A stretch of DNA of 64,000 bases from Acidothermus sp. (GTDB lineage Bacteria > Actinomycetota > Actinomycetes > Acidothermales > Acidothermaceae). The stretch covers positions 420-64,419 of the forward strand of contig JAIMAI010000011.1 of assembly GCA_023512015.1 (NCBI GenBank), in the 5' to 3' direction. This document shows positions 10,495 through 20,581 of the stretch, in pieces; within the stretch, counting starts at the first letter, position 1; every line of letters starts with the position of its first letter. Under the pieces are notes generated by a model. That model did not search any database. It worked only from the letters and a program-made list of their open reading frames with translations, and had not been told where the DNA came from. A program made the position numbers and the translations under genes.

Positions 10495-11573
10495 CCGGCG
10501 GCGACCGACCGAGCCGGGACGACGAACAAGCAGGCTGGTCGAAACCGACGTGGGCCTCGCCGTCGCCGCCGTGGCGAGAGACCGCGCACGACGACGTACC
10601 TCCCCCGTCGCCGGAACGATCGACCTTCCCCGCCGCGTTCGAGGCACCGCGACCGTACGAGGGGTACGGAACCGGCTGGGTCGCACCGTACGGCCGATAC
10701 GACGGGGGCGACCGGTACGAAGGCGCTTACACCTCCGACACAATTTCCGCCAACCAGGGACGACGCCCGTGGGTCGTCGTCCTCGCCGCGATCGCGGCGG
10801 TGGCCGTCATCGCCGGCGCGGTCATCGCGTACGTCACGACTCGATCCCCGCAACCGGGACCGTCCGCCCAACCCTCCGGCGCGGCGACGACCCCTGCGCC
10901 TCACCCCAGTCCTTCCGCGGCTTCACCGTCTCCGGAAACCACTCCCACGACCAGCACCGGGCCGCTCGACGGCTACCTGCTCCCCGCTTCGGCGATCGGC
11001 TCGGGAGTGCGGATCGTTCTGATCTCCGGAGGTCGGGACGCCGTCACCGAACCCACCCTCGATTTCTGCACCTTCACCTACACCAGCGAACGCGACCGCT
11101 TGACCCGTGTGCAGGTGCGATACGAGGGTGGCCCACAGGCCGTGAGCGAGGAATTCGTGCGCTACAAGCCCGGGGGTGCCGCCAAGGCTTTCGGGGAGCT
11201 GCGCACGGCCATCTCTCGTTGTCCGTCGAGTTACCGGGACGGCGACCAGACCGTCGGCCACATCCAGGTGATTCGCAACACCCCCGGCCTCGTCACGGAT
11301 TCGGTGATGCTGGTCTTCGCGGTAAGTTATTCCGACCTGGGCGGCCCTTTCACCCTGTGGACCGCAGCGGTCTACCAGTTCGATGGGGATTTCTTCGCGG
11401 GGGTCTACGTGTACGGCGCGGATCCGCAGGCGGTGCAACGATTCGCCGCGCAACTCGGGGCGAAAGCCGCCGGATTGCTCCGGGAAGCCGCAGCCGGCAA
11501 GCCGGGGACCGGAGGCGGAACGATCCTCAACCCGTCACCGACCAGCCCCGCAGGACCAGGCTCCCAAGTCTGA
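10479..11573 (+). CDS. Single-pass membrane protein with Pro/Ser/Thr linker and extracellular domain (PknH-like sensor fold suspected)
   Basis: Disordered N-terminus, TM helix, two-Cys C-terminal domain; family assignment is inference. Confidence 0.65.
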   Translation: MDDSLTGGDRPSRDDEQAGWSKPTWASPSPPWRETAHDDVPPPSPERSTFPAAFEAPRPYEGYGTGWVAPYGRYDGGDRYEGAYTSDTISANQGRRPWVVVLAAIAAVAVIAGAVIAYVTTRSPQPGPSAQPSGAATTPAPHPSPSAASPSPETTPTTSTGPLDGYLLPASAIGSGVRIVLISGGRDAVTEPTLDFCTFTYTSERDRLTRVQVRYEGGPQAVSEEFVRYKPGGAAKAFGELRTAISRCPSSYRDGDQTVGHIQVIRNTPGLVTDSVMLVFAVSYSDLGGPFTLWTAAVYQFDGDFFAGVYVYGADPQAVQRFAAQLGAKAAGLLREAAAGKPGTGGGTILNPSPTSPAGPGSQV

Positions 11574-11600
11574 AGCCGCCGTTCGCGGCTCGACCCACGG

Positions 11601-12563
11601 TCAACCCTTGACCGCACCGCCGACTATGCCTCGGACGAAGTAGCGCTGAAGAGCGAAGAAGACGACGAGGGGCAACGCCATGGAGAGAAAGGCGGCGGCG
11701 CTCAGCAAGTACCACCCTCCGCCCAGAGAGTTCACCAGGTTGGCGATAGCAGCCGTCATCGGGAGGTTTTGTGAATTCGAGAGGCCGATGTAGATCAACG
11801 CAACGAGCAAGTCGTTCCAGACGAAAAGGAACTGGAATATGGCGAGCGCCGCGAATGCCGGCACGCTCATCGGCACTGCGAGTCGAAAGAAGGCGGTGAC
11901 GTGGGACGCGCCGTCGATGAACGCCGATTCGAAGACCGATCGGGGCAGCGATCCGATGAAATTCCTGAGGAGATAAACCGCAAACGGGAGACCGTACCCG
12001 GTGTGCGCGAGCCAGACGGCGAGGAACTTTCCGGTGAGCCCCCAATCAGCGAAGATCTTCAGAATCGGGATGAGCGTGGTCTGCAGCGGTACCACCAGCA
12101 GGCCGACCACGACCACGAAGAGCAGATCCCGGCCGGGGAATTCCATCCAGCTGAACGCATACGCCGCGAATGCGGCGACGAAGAGAGGGATGACCGTCGC
12201 CGGGATCGCGATGAAGAGACTGTTGACGAAGGCACGGCCCATCCCCTGCTGGCTCAGGACGTTCTCGTAGTTGGACATGGTGAAGTGGAACGGCGGAGCG
12301 AGCGCCGTCCACCACCCTGAACGGGAGAGCTCCGACGAGGGACGAAAGGAGCTCACCAGCAGCCCGATGGTGGGAACGATCCAGACGACCATGATGAGAC
12401 TTACCGCGCAGTGCAAGAGGAGGCGGGCGCGGCGCGACCGCAACGAGCGTCGCGGTCGGAGGGCGACACGGATCGGCGCCGGGGGCGCGAGAACGGCAGC
12501 ACCGGAGGATGGTGTTCGATCCCCCGCTGCGACGACTACGGGTCTGAGGATGCGACGCATCAT
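11601..12563 (-). CDS. Carbohydrate ABC transporter permease (AglG/MalG-like)
   Basis: ESAFIDGAS EAA loop, FLFVWNDLL, QRYFVRG. Confidence 0.93.
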   Translation of the reverse strand: MMRRILRPVVVAAGDRTPSSGAAVLAPPAPIRVALRPRRSLRSRRARLLLHCAVSLIMVVWIVPTIGLLVSSFRPSSELSRSGWWTALAPPFHFTMSNYENVLSQQGMGRAFVNSLFIAIPATVIPLFVAAFAAYAFSWMEFPGRDLLFVVVVGLLVVPLQTTLIPILKIFADWGLTGKFLAVWLAHTGYGLPFAVYLLRNFIGSLPRSVFESAFIDGASHVTAFFRLAVPMSVPAFAALAIFQFLFVWNDLLVALIYIGLSNSQNLPMTAAIANLVNSLGGGWYLLSAAAFLSMALPLVVFFALQRYFVRGIVGGAVKG

Positions 12564-13543
12564 CGCACGGCCTCCTGCGCCTTGAACCGACGAATGTTGA
12601 ACGCCATGATGGGGACGATCGCGAGCAGCAGGACGACGGCGACGGCGCTGGCCCGACCGAAATCACCGAAGACGAACATCTCCTTGATCATGAGATTCGC
12701 GATGACCTCGGTGTCGTAATTGCCGTTCGTGAGGGTGTAAACGATGTCGAAGGTCTTGAGCGCGGTAATGATGATGGTGGTCGCGACCACCGCCAGGGTC
12801 GGGCCGAGCATCGGAAAAGTGACCCGCCAGAACACCTGCCATTCGTTCGCACCGTCCACCCGAGCGGCTTCCAGCAACTGTGGATCGATGCCTTTGAGCG
12901 CCGCGGAAATGATGACCATGGCGAAACCGGTCCACATCCACACCCCGACCGCGATCAGCGCGAACGTGGCCAGCCGCCACGTCGGGGTCTGCAGCCAGGC
13001 CACGGGCCCGGCCCTCACCACTTGGAGCAGGCCGTTGAGGGTGCCGGTCTGGGGGGTGCCGGGAGGCTTGTAGTCGTACATGAATTTCCAGATGACGCTT
13101 GCGGCCACCATGCTGATGGCGAGCGGCAAGAAAATGATGCTCTTGGCGACGGACTCGTACCGCACGCGATCCACCAGCACCGCGATCAACAGTCCGAGAC
13201 CGACGGTGAAGAAGGTCAGACAGACGATCCAGAGCACGTTGTTGAGCAGCGCGCCGAGGGCACTGGAACTCGTGAAGAACCACTTGTAATTCGCCAAGCC
13301 GACCCAGCGCGGGTGCAATTCGTTGCGCCCTTGGAAACTGCGAATGATGGTCTGGATCGTGGGATAGACGAGGAAGAATCCGAGGAATCCGATCGCCGGC
13401 AGCAACCAGAGCCAGGGTCGAATCCGACGCTTCCACCGCTCACCCAGGATGCCGATGACGCGTTCCGTCCCCCAGATGTAAATAACGAGAACGGCGGGTA
13501 CCCCGATGACGACTTCGAGCGCCGTTAGGAACCGTGAATCCAC
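12560..13543 (-). CDS. Carbohydrate ABC transporter permease (AglF/MalF-like)
   Basis: LLEAARVDGANEWQ EAA loop; VGLANY. Confidence 0.93.
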   Translation of the reverse strand: MDSRFLTALEVVIGVPAVLVIYIWGTERVIGILGERWKRRIRPWLWLLPAIGFLGFFLVYPTIQTIIRSFQGRNELHPRWVGLANYKWFFTSSSALGALLNNVLWIVCLTFFTVGLGLLIAVLVDRVRYESVAKSIIFLPLAISMVAASVIWKFMYDYKPPGTPQTGTLNGLLQVVRAGPVAWLQTPTWRLATFALIAVGVWMWTGFAMVIISAALKGIDPQLLEAARVDGANEWQVFWRVTFPMLGPTLAVVATTIIITALKTFDIVYTLTNGNYDTEVIANLMIKEMFVFGDFGRASAVAVVLLLAIVPIMAFNIRRFKAQEAVR

Positions 13544-13634
13544 ATGACCCTCCCGTCGCCAGATCGAGCCGAGCTACCTCCGTGGGGCCGAGCGCTCGAT
13601 GACCCTGCCCTCGATGCAACACGGCACATCGTCG

Positions 13635-13664
13635 GCGGGGGAGCGGCTCGAACCGCTCCCCCGC
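13635..13664 (-). terminator. Intra-operon stem-loop after the solute-binding gene
   Basis: Perfect 12-bp stem GCGGGGGAGCGG/CCGCTCCCCCGC with 6-nt loop. Confidence 0.75.
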
Positions 13665-13670
13665 ACGAAT

Positions 13671-15044
13671 TCACGATGATTGGTACGCATCTTGTTGCAC
13701 CTTGTCCAGGCTCGACAACGCTTGATCCAAGGATTGGCTGCCGTTGGTCAGTGCGACCATCGCCTTCCAGAACGCGTCGTTCATCGCCGTCGGCATCAGG
13801 TCGGAGGCGTCGAACACGAAAATCTTCGCGTTGTGGAGGATTTCCGCCGAACGCTTGCTGATCTCGTCGGGGTAATCCGTCGCGTTCTTGTTGGCCGAGA
13901 GCGCACCTCCGATCTTCACCCAGATGTCCTGTGCTTTCGCCGTCACCAGGTAGCGCATCAAGGACTTGGCGGCGGGAGTGTCGTGGAACATGCCGAAGAG
14001 GTCGCCTGCTCCCTCCACCGCACCCGCGAACTGCGGGTCGATGTCCGGGAAGGGGAAGAAGTTGTAGTCGGTCCCCGCCTGGTGCGTCTTGAATTGACTG
14101 AATCCGGTGATGAAACTCGCTTGGTGCAGGAATTCGCATCCCGGAGGGTTCGCGAAGAGCGGGTCGCCCGCGTTACCGAAATTGGTCGCCACCGCGGTCT
14201 TACCGCCGCCATAGGTGTGCGCCACCACGTCGTTCATGTATATCTGGAAGGCTTTCTTGATGCGCGGGTCCGTCCATTTGATCTTGCCCTCGTACCACTG
14301 CGTGTACACGTCGGGCCCCGCGGTTCGCAGCACGAGATCCTCGATCCAGTCGGTACCCGGCCATCCCGAGGCGGCCCCCGATTCCAGACCCAGACACCAA
14401 ATCGCTTTCGCGTTGCCCTGGTTCGCTTTGGCCTGGCTCATCAACTCATCCCACGTCTTGGGGGGAGCAGAGCTGTAGTCGTGTTGGTGCGGGTTGTACC
14501 AGATGAGACCTTTGATCGCGGCCTTGATGAAGACTCCGTACGTCTTGCCGTTGACCTCGCCCAACTTCACCAGTGCCGGCGCGGTCTCTTGCTTGTACTT
14601 CGCGATATCCAATACGTCGTCCAGGGGCTTGAGGCGCCCCGCCGCGACGTACTCGGCCATCTGTCCGGGGCCGGGAAGCCCGGCAAGGTCCGGCAGCACG
14701 CCGGATGCCACACCCGTCGTCAGCACCGTGTTGATGTCCCGGGTACCGGTGTACTGGACCTTGGCTCCGGTTTGGTCCTCCCACGGCTTGACCATCTGGA
14801 GGAAGGCCTTCTCCTCGTCGCCACCCCACGTCCCGATGACGGTCACCGTCTGGCCCTTGAGGTTCTCACCGCCGCTCGAGCCGCCTGATGCTCCGCCGCT
14901 GGCCTGACCTGTCGGTGTTCCTCCCGAGGAGCCGCCACCCCCGCTCCCACAGGCAGCGATCAGAACCCCGGTTGCCGCCACTCCGACGAGCCACCCCCGC
15001 CGGAGGCCTCGCGAACCGCGACGGCGAGATAGCACGACTGCCAT
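13671..15044 (-). CDS. Sugar ABC solute-binding lipoprotein (AglE alpha-glucoside-like)
   Basis: Lipobox IAAC; WCLGLESGAASGWPGTDWIED and FDASDLMP resemble AglE-type proteins. Confidence 0.88.
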   Translation of the reverse strand: MAVVLSRRRGSRGLRRGWLVGVAATGVLIAACGSGGGGSSGGTPTGQASGGASGGSSGGENLKGQTVTVIGTWGGDEEKAFLQMVKPWEDQTGAKVQYTGTRDINTVLTTGVASGVLPDLAGLPGPGQMAEYVAAGRLKPLDDVLDIAKYKQETAPALVKLGEVNGKTYGVFIKAAIKGLIWYNPHQHDYSSAPPKTWDELMSQAKANQGNAKAIWCLGLESGAASGWPGTDWIEDLVLRTAGPDVYTQWYEGKIKWTDPRIKKAFQIYMNDVVAHTYGGGKTAVATNFGNAGDPLFANPPGCEFLHQASFITGFSQFKTHQAGTDYNFFPFPDIDPQFAGAVEGAGDLFGMFHDTPAAKSLMRYLVTAKAQDIWVKIGGALSANKNATDYPDEISKRSAEILHNAKIFVFDASDLMPTAMNDAFWKAMVALTNGSQSLDQALSSLDKVQQDAYQSS

Positions 15045-15067
15045 GGTCCCCTCCTCACCTCAAGGCC

Positions 15068-15081
15068 TGTAAACGCTGTCA
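15068..15081. promoter_or_regulatory. LacI-family operator (TGTAAACGCTGTCA)
   Basis: Matches the cre/LacI consensus TGWAANCGNTNWCA, 23 nt upstream of the binding-protein ATG. Confidence 0.7.
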
Positions 15082-15197
15082 TCATGAGCACGATTGCTGC
15101 TCAGCTTCAAGCAATCTCTCAGAGAATTCTCGATGTACTCGGTTACGTTTTGGGGTAGATCGCCAGCCTGATCGGCTCCACGCTCGGCAGCCTGCCC

Positions 15198-16310
15198 CTA
15201 TCGATCAACCTTCAAACGCGCCGACCGAGGAACGTCACGGTTTGCACCCGCCGAAGAGATCGCAGGGCGACGTGCGGAGCGTCCTTGAGCCGAGGCGCGG
15301 CTCGAAGAGCCACGGATGCAGAGCGCGACATCCAGCCGGTGCGACTCTCCGCGCCCCCCGCCGCGGAGCTGGTCGAGCAGCAACCTCGCCCCGAGCTCGC
15401 CCATGTGCTCCACCGGCTGAGCGACGGTCGTGAGATCCAGAACTTCGGCCATCTCGTGACCGTCGAACCCGACCACAGCGACGTCCTCCCCCGGCCGCAG
15501 GCCGTGGCGTCGCAGGGCGCGCAGAGCGCCGAACGCCATCTCGTCCGACATCGCGAAGACGGCGGACGGCGGTGAGCGCCGCGCCAACAGCGTGCCCATC
15601 GCTCGCTCTCCGCCGTCCACCGTGAAAAATCCGGGAACCTGAAGTTGTGGGTCGGGGCGCAAGCCGGCCGAACGCAGCGCCTCCCGATACCCGGTGAGCC
15701 GGTCGTTCTCGGCGACGAACGGATTGGGGGCGGGGCGCCCAGCGATGAGACCGATCCGACGGTGGCCGAGATTTATCAGGTGCTGGGTCGCCAGTCGCGC
15801 TCCCTCTACGTCATCGATGAACACTCCGCTGAGCCCGGCCCTCCGAGAACCGATGAGCGTGACCGGCAGTCCTATTTGGAGCAGGGGCTCGACGTCCGGA
15901 ATTTCGGGTGGCAAGCCGATGAGCAGCAAACCGTCGACCCGCCGCCGCAACCGGCGAATGGAGGGGACACGATGTGGTTCGCTCGGGTCGCCGGTCGTGA
16001 AAACCAGCAGGTCGAAATCCGAGCTCTGGATGACGCGCTCGGCCCCTGCGAGCACATGCCCGAAATACCAACGCGCGATGAAAGGCGCTATGACCGCGAT
16101 GCCGCCGGCCCGGCCGCTCGCAAGGCGTGAGGCGGCCGGTGAGACGACGTAGTCCAGCCGTTCGGCGACCCGCAACACGTGGTCGCGGGTAGTCGGGTCC
16201 ACGTTCGGCAATCCGCGCAGTGCCCGGGAAACCGTCGCCGTGGAGACTCCCGCGACGCGGGCGACGTCTCGAATGGTCACCGGAGAATTGCGGCTCATGG
16301 TGGCGTCCAT
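15198..16310 (-). CDS. LacI-family transcriptional regulator
   Basis: TIRDVARVAGVSTATVSRAL HTH; start ATG 16310 or 16298. Confidence 0.93.
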   Translation of the reverse strand: MDATMSRNSPVTIRDVARVAGVSTATVSRALRGLPNVDPTTRDHVLRVAERLDYVVSPAASRLASGRAGGIAVIAPFIARWYFGHVLAGAERVIQSSDFDLLVFTTGDPSEPHRVPSIRRLRRRVDGLLLIGLPPEIPDVEPLLQIGLPVTLIGSRRAGLSGVFIDDVEGARLATQHLINLGHRRIGLIAGRPAPNPFVAENDRLTGYREALRSAGLRPDPQLQVPGFFTVDGGERAMGTLLARRSPPSAVFAMSDEMAFGALRALRRHGLRPGEDVAVVGFDGHEMAEVLDLTTVAQPVEHMGELGARLLLDQLRGGGRGESHRLDVALCIRGSSSRASAQGRSARRPAISSAGANRDVPRSARLKVDR

Positions 16311-16369
16311 TATTCGCCCGACGCGACGCCGGTCGACGACACTCCGGGGCCGATCGAGGGATGGGTTCC

Positions 16370-17401
16370 TCAACCGGTACGAGCCAGGACGAAATCGCAG
16401 AGGGCGTGCAGGGCGTGGGTGGCGGGGACGTCCGGCAGCGGGCTCAGGACGGAGCGGGCATCGGCTACCCAGCGCCGTAAATCGGCGCGGGCCCGCTCGA
16501 TCGCCGGGTGGGCTCGCAGCAACGCAAGCGTCTCGCGGTGTCGATCGTCGTCCGTGAGATCTCCGTCCAGCAGTTCGCGCAGACGCCGATCCGCAGGCGC
16601 CGTGGAACGAAGGGCATGAAGCACCGGAAGGGTGAGGACGCCTTCCCGCAAATCGGTGCCCGGCATCTTCCCGGATTCGGCTTCGTCGCCCATCACATCG
16701 AGAAGATCGTCGGAGAGCTGGAAGGCCATGCCGATACGCTCGCCGTACGAAATCATGATCTCAGTGATCCACTCGGGAGCTCCCGCGAACATCGCGCCGA
16801 ATCTGGCCGCCGTCGCGATGAGCGAACCGGTTTTGTCCGCGACGACGCCGAGGTAATGCTCCAAAGGATCCTCACCGGGTTCCGGGCCGCGGGTTTCCCG
16901 GATTTGGCCCTGCACCAGGCGTTCGAAGGTCCGGGCTTGGATACGGACCGCCTCCGGGCCGAGATCGGCGAGAATATCGGAAGCCCGCGAGAAGAGAAAA
17001 TCCCCGGTGAGGATGGCAATGGTGTTCGACCATCGAGCATTCGCGCTCACCGTGCCCCGGCGCACCACGGCTTCGTCCATGACGTCGTCGTGGTAGAGGG
17101 TGGCGAGGTGAGTCAGCTCGACCACCGCGGCGGCGGGCACCACCCCGGGTGCCGTCGGGTTGCCGTACTCCGCCGCCAGCAACACCAGCAGCGGCCGGAA
17201 TCGCTTCCCGCCGGCCTCGACCAGGTGACGCGAGGTCTCGGTGAGAAATGGATATCCCTCACTCACCACGGCTCGGCGCAACATCGCCTCTACGGCGTCC
17301 AGGCCGGCGCGCAATCGACGTCGGAGCTCCAGGTCGTGGATCACGAGGTTGAGACCCGGCTCCACGACACCAGCCTCGGCGCCGCTACCGATACCCGCCA
17401 T
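16370..17401 (-). CDS. Polyprenyl diphosphate synthase (menaquinone side chain)
   Basis: GGKRFRP, LYHDDVMD, KTGSL, FQLSDDLLD motifs; start uncertain. Confidence 0.93.
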   Translation of the reverse strand: MAGIGSGAEAGVVEPGLNLVIHDLELRRRLRAGLDAVEAMLRRAVVSEGYPFLTETSRHLVEAGGKRFRPLLVLLAAEYGNPTAPGVVPAAAVVELTHLATLYHDDVMDEAVVRRGTVSANARWSNTIAILTGDFLFSRASDILADLGPEAVRIQARTFERLVQGQIRETRGPEPGEDPLEHYLGVVADKTGSLIATAARFGAMFAGAPEWITEIMISYGERIGMAFQLSDDLLDVMGDEAESGKMPGTDLREGVLTLPVLHALRSTAPADRRLRELLDGDLTDDDRHRETLALLRAHPAIERARADLRRWVADARSVLSPLPDVPATHALHALCDFVLARTG

Positions 17402-17485
17402 GCCGACACTCTGCGTCAGGTGGTCCGAGTTCTCCAGTCGGGGCCGCAAGCTCGGCCACTGCTCGGGCTGTTGGGAGGTAACCGC

Positions 17486-19057
17486 TCACCGCAGGAAGGG
17501 CACCGCCTTGTCGGCGAGATCGAGTACGGTCTGCGGCACCACCCCGAGCACGATGGTGACCGCCACGCCGAGGGCGATCGCAGCCGCGCTCAATGCTCCC
17601 GGCATCACGACGGTCGGACCTTCCACCGCCGGCTCCTGGGAGAACATCAAAACGATGATCCGCAGGTAGTAGTAGGCCGTGACGGCGCTCGCTAACACGC
17701 CCACGATGACGAGCGGCCCCGCGCCTCCCTGGTACGCGGCTTGGAACACCGCGACCTTGGCCCACAACCCACTGGTCGGCGGCAAGCCGGCCATCGCGAG
17801 CAAGAACAGCGCGAAGATGCCTGCCATCAAGGGGGAGCGGCGGCCGAGTCCCACCCACCGCGACAGGTGATTGGCTTCGCCGTCCGCGTCACGCACCAGC
17901 ATGACGATGGCGAAGGCGCCAATGTTCATGAAACCGTACGCGACAAGGTAGAAGAGCACGCTGGACTCACTCGCCCGTGTGGTGGCGGCGAAAGCTGTGA
18001 GGATGAACCCGGCGTGCGCGATCGACGAATAGGCGAGCAAGCGCTTCACGTCGGTCTGCGTCACCCCGAGGATCGCGCCGACCACCATCGTCGCGATGGC
18101 AACACCCCAGACCACCGGGCGCCAATCCCACGCCAGACCTCCGAAGGCCACGAAAAAGACGCGAAGCAACGCTCCGAACGCCGCGACTTTCGTCCCGGCC
18201 GCCATGAACGCTGTGATCGGGGTGGGGGCACCCTGGTAGACGTCGGGGGTCCACCAGTGGAACGGCACCCCGGAGAGCTTGAAAAGCAGCGAGATGCCGA
18301 TGAGCGCAAGCCCGACGATGACCAGCGAATCACCGCGATCGGACGACGTGAGCGATGTCGCGATGTCGCCGTATTCCACGGACTTCGCGTATCCGTAGAC
18401 CAAGGCGAGGCCGTAGACGAAGAAAGCCGAGGAAAAAGCTCCGAGCAGGAAATACTTGACCGCCGCCTCTTGGGACAGCAGACGGCGTCGCCGGGCCATG
18501 CCGGCGAGGAGGTACAGCGGGAGCGAGAGCACCTCCAGCGCTACGAACGCCAGCACGAGATCGTTCGCAGCCGGGAAGAGCATCATCCCCGCGACGGCGA
18601 ACATCGCGAGGGGAAAAACCTCCGTCTGCCGCAGACCTGCACGGACGCTGGCGCGCTCTTGTTCGGTGCCGGGGAGGTCGGCGGCCTGGGCGACGAAATC
18701 GCTGTCGGCCCCAATGCTCCGGTCGGCGATCAGCAGCAGTGCTCCGATGGAGAGGGCCAGGATCGTGCCCTGGATGAACAGTGTCGGGCCGTCCGCGGCC
18801 ACCGCGCTTTGGACGACGAGACGACGCGGGAGACCGGTGTTCGCCACGACGGCGACCAGAGCGGCGACCAAACCGGCCAATGCGAGAACGGTCTGCGTGA
18901 CGGCACGATGCACGCGCGGCACGAACGCTTCGACGAGCACCCCCACGCAGGCCACCCCGAACACGATGAGCATGGGGAGAATGGCCCGATATTCGATGTG
19001 CGGCGCCGGGATGGCGTTGGGATTCGCTGCGGCATGGAAAGCTGCGAGCAACCTCAC
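17486..19057 (-). CDS. nuoN: NADH-quinone oxidoreductase subunit N
   Basis: EAAVKYFLLG, PFHWWTPDVYQGAP, LLAYSSIAHAG. Confidence 0.96.
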   Translation of the reverse strand: MRLLAAFHAAANPNAIPAPHIEYRAILPMLIVFGVACVGVLVEAFVPRVHRAVTQTVLALAGLVAALVAVVANTGLPRRLVVQSAVAADGPTLFIQGTILALSIGALLLIADRSIGADSDFVAQAADLPGTEQERASVRAGLRQTEVFPLAMFAVAGMMLFPAANDLVLAFVALEVLSLPLYLLAGMARRRRLLSQEAAVKYFLLGAFSSAFFVYGLALVYGYAKSVEYGDIATSLTSSDRGDSLVIVGLALIGISLLFKLSGVPFHWWTPDVYQGAPTPITAFMAAGTKVAAFGALLRVFFVAFGGLAWDWRPVVWGVAIATMVVGAILGVTQTDVKRLLAYSSIAHAGFILTAFAATTRASESSVLFYLVAYGFMNIGAFAIVMLVRDADGEANHLSRWVGLGRRSPLMAGIFALFLLAMAGLPPTSGLWAKVAVFQAAYQGGAGPLVIVGVLASAVTAYYYLRIIVLMFSQEPAVEGPTVVMPGALSAAAIALGVAVTIVLGVVPQTVLDLADKAVPFLR

Positions 19058-20577
19058 GACGATCCTCCGCTCGGTGCGACGGCCGCCGGCTGGACGGCAG
19101 GCTGCGGGTCGGTGTCATGCGTCTGCTGGAGAGTCGCGGCGACACCGGGCTTAATGATGTCGAGGATCGGTCCCGGGTAGAAACCAAGGGCCACGATGAC
19201 CGCCACCATCGGCGCGATGACCACCCGCTCGCGCAGCGAAAGGTCGCGGACGTGTTCGACGTGGGGACGAACCGGGCCGGTCATGGTGCGTTGATACATC
19301 ACGAGCATGTAGATGGACGCGAGGATGATTCCTGCCGTGGCAAAGCCTGCGGCGACTTCGTAGCGGGTGAACGTGCCCACCAGGACGAGGAATTCACTGA
19401 CGAACGTGTTCAAGCCCGGCAGGGCAAGGCCGGAGAGACTGGCCAGCAGGAAAACACCCGCGAGTATCGGCGCCACCTGCTGAACCCCACCGAAATCGTG
19501 GATACCGCGGGTACCGCGACGCGCGATGAGGAATCCGATGATGAGCAGCAAGGCACCGGTGGAGAAACCGTGGTTGACCATGTAGAGCGTGGCACCGGCC
19601 TGCCCTTGGCTGGTGAAAGCGAAGACGCCGAGCGTGATGAGGCCGAAGTGCGACACCGACACATAAGCCATGAGCCGTAGCAGATCGCGCTGTCCGATCG
19701 CTTGGAGCGCCCCGTACAGCACTGCTATCACGGCCAGCACAAGGACGACCGGGGTGAACCAGTGCGCCGCTTCGGGGAAAAGGCCGAGGCAGTAACGGAG
19801 GAAGCCGAAGGTTCCCACCTTGTCGAGCACCCCGACGAGAAGCACACTTCCCCCCACCGGCCCCTCGGCGACCGCATCGGGCAGCCACGTGTGCAGCGGC
19901 CAGAGCGGAGCTTTGACGGCGAAGGCGGCGAAGAAACCCAAGAACAACCACCGTGCGTCGGCGGTCGGGAGGTGCAGGTTCTGCAAATCCGAGTAGAGGA
20001 AACTCTTCGGGCCCACGACGTACAAAGCGATGACCGCTGCGAGCATGAGGAGGCCACCGGCCAGGCTGTAGAGCAGGAATTTCATCGCCGCATACGACGC
20101 GCGAGGCGTTCCCGAGCTGCCGATGATGAAATACATCGGGATCAGCATGGTTTCGAACAGCGCGTAGAAGAGGAACAAATCGGTCGACACGAACGTCCCG
20201 ATCAGGACGGTTTCCATCGACACGAACAGGCCGAGGTAGGTCTTGACGCTCCTTCGCGTCTGCTCGCACTCGTGCCACGACGCGAGGATGACGACCGGCC
20301 ACAGCACGGCCGTCAGCAGCAGCAGGACAACGGCGACGCCGTCCACTCCGAGGGCGTAGTGGATACCAAAGGCCGGAATCCAGGACACGTCCTCGGTGAA
20401 TTGGAACCGCGGCCCGTGAACGTCGAAGCGAGCCGCTATCACGCAGGTGAGGGCCAGGACGACGACGGTCGTCGCGAGCGCCGTCCACTTGGCCCAAACC
20501 GGGCGTTCCCGCGGAAGCGCGGCGATGACGGCGGTACCCACCAGCGGGATGACGCCGAGAACGGTCAACCAAGGCAT
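19054..20577 (-). CDS. nuoM: NADH-quinone oxidoreductase subunit M
   Basis: VKAPLWPLHTWLPDA, MVNHG, ALPGLNTFVSEF. Confidence 0.96.
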   Translation of the reverse strand: MPWLTVLGVIPLVGTAVIAALPRERPVWAKWTALATTVVVLALTCVIAARFDVHGPRFQFTEDVSWIPAFGIHYALGVDGVAVVLLLLTAVLWPVVILASWHECEQTRRSVKTYLGLFVSMETVLIGTFVSTDLFLFYALFETMLIPMYFIIGSSGTPRASYAAMKFLLYSLAGGLLMLAAVIALYVVGPKSFLYSDLQNLHLPTADARWLFLGFFAAFAVKAPLWPLHTWLPDAVAEGPVGGSVLLVGVLDKVGTFGFLRYCLGLFPEAAHWFTPVVLVLAVIAVLYGALQAIGQRDLLRLMAYVSVSHFGLITLGVFAFTSQGQAGATLYMVNHGFSTGALLLIIGFLIARRGTRGIHDFGGVQQVAPILAGVFLLASLSGLALPGLNTFVSEFLVLVGTFTRYEVAAGFATAGIILASIYMLVMYQRTMTGPVRPHVEHVRDLSLRERVVIAPMVAVIVALGFYPGPILDIIKPGVAATLQQTHDTDPQPAVQPAAVAPSGGSS

Positions 20578-20581
20578 GCGA

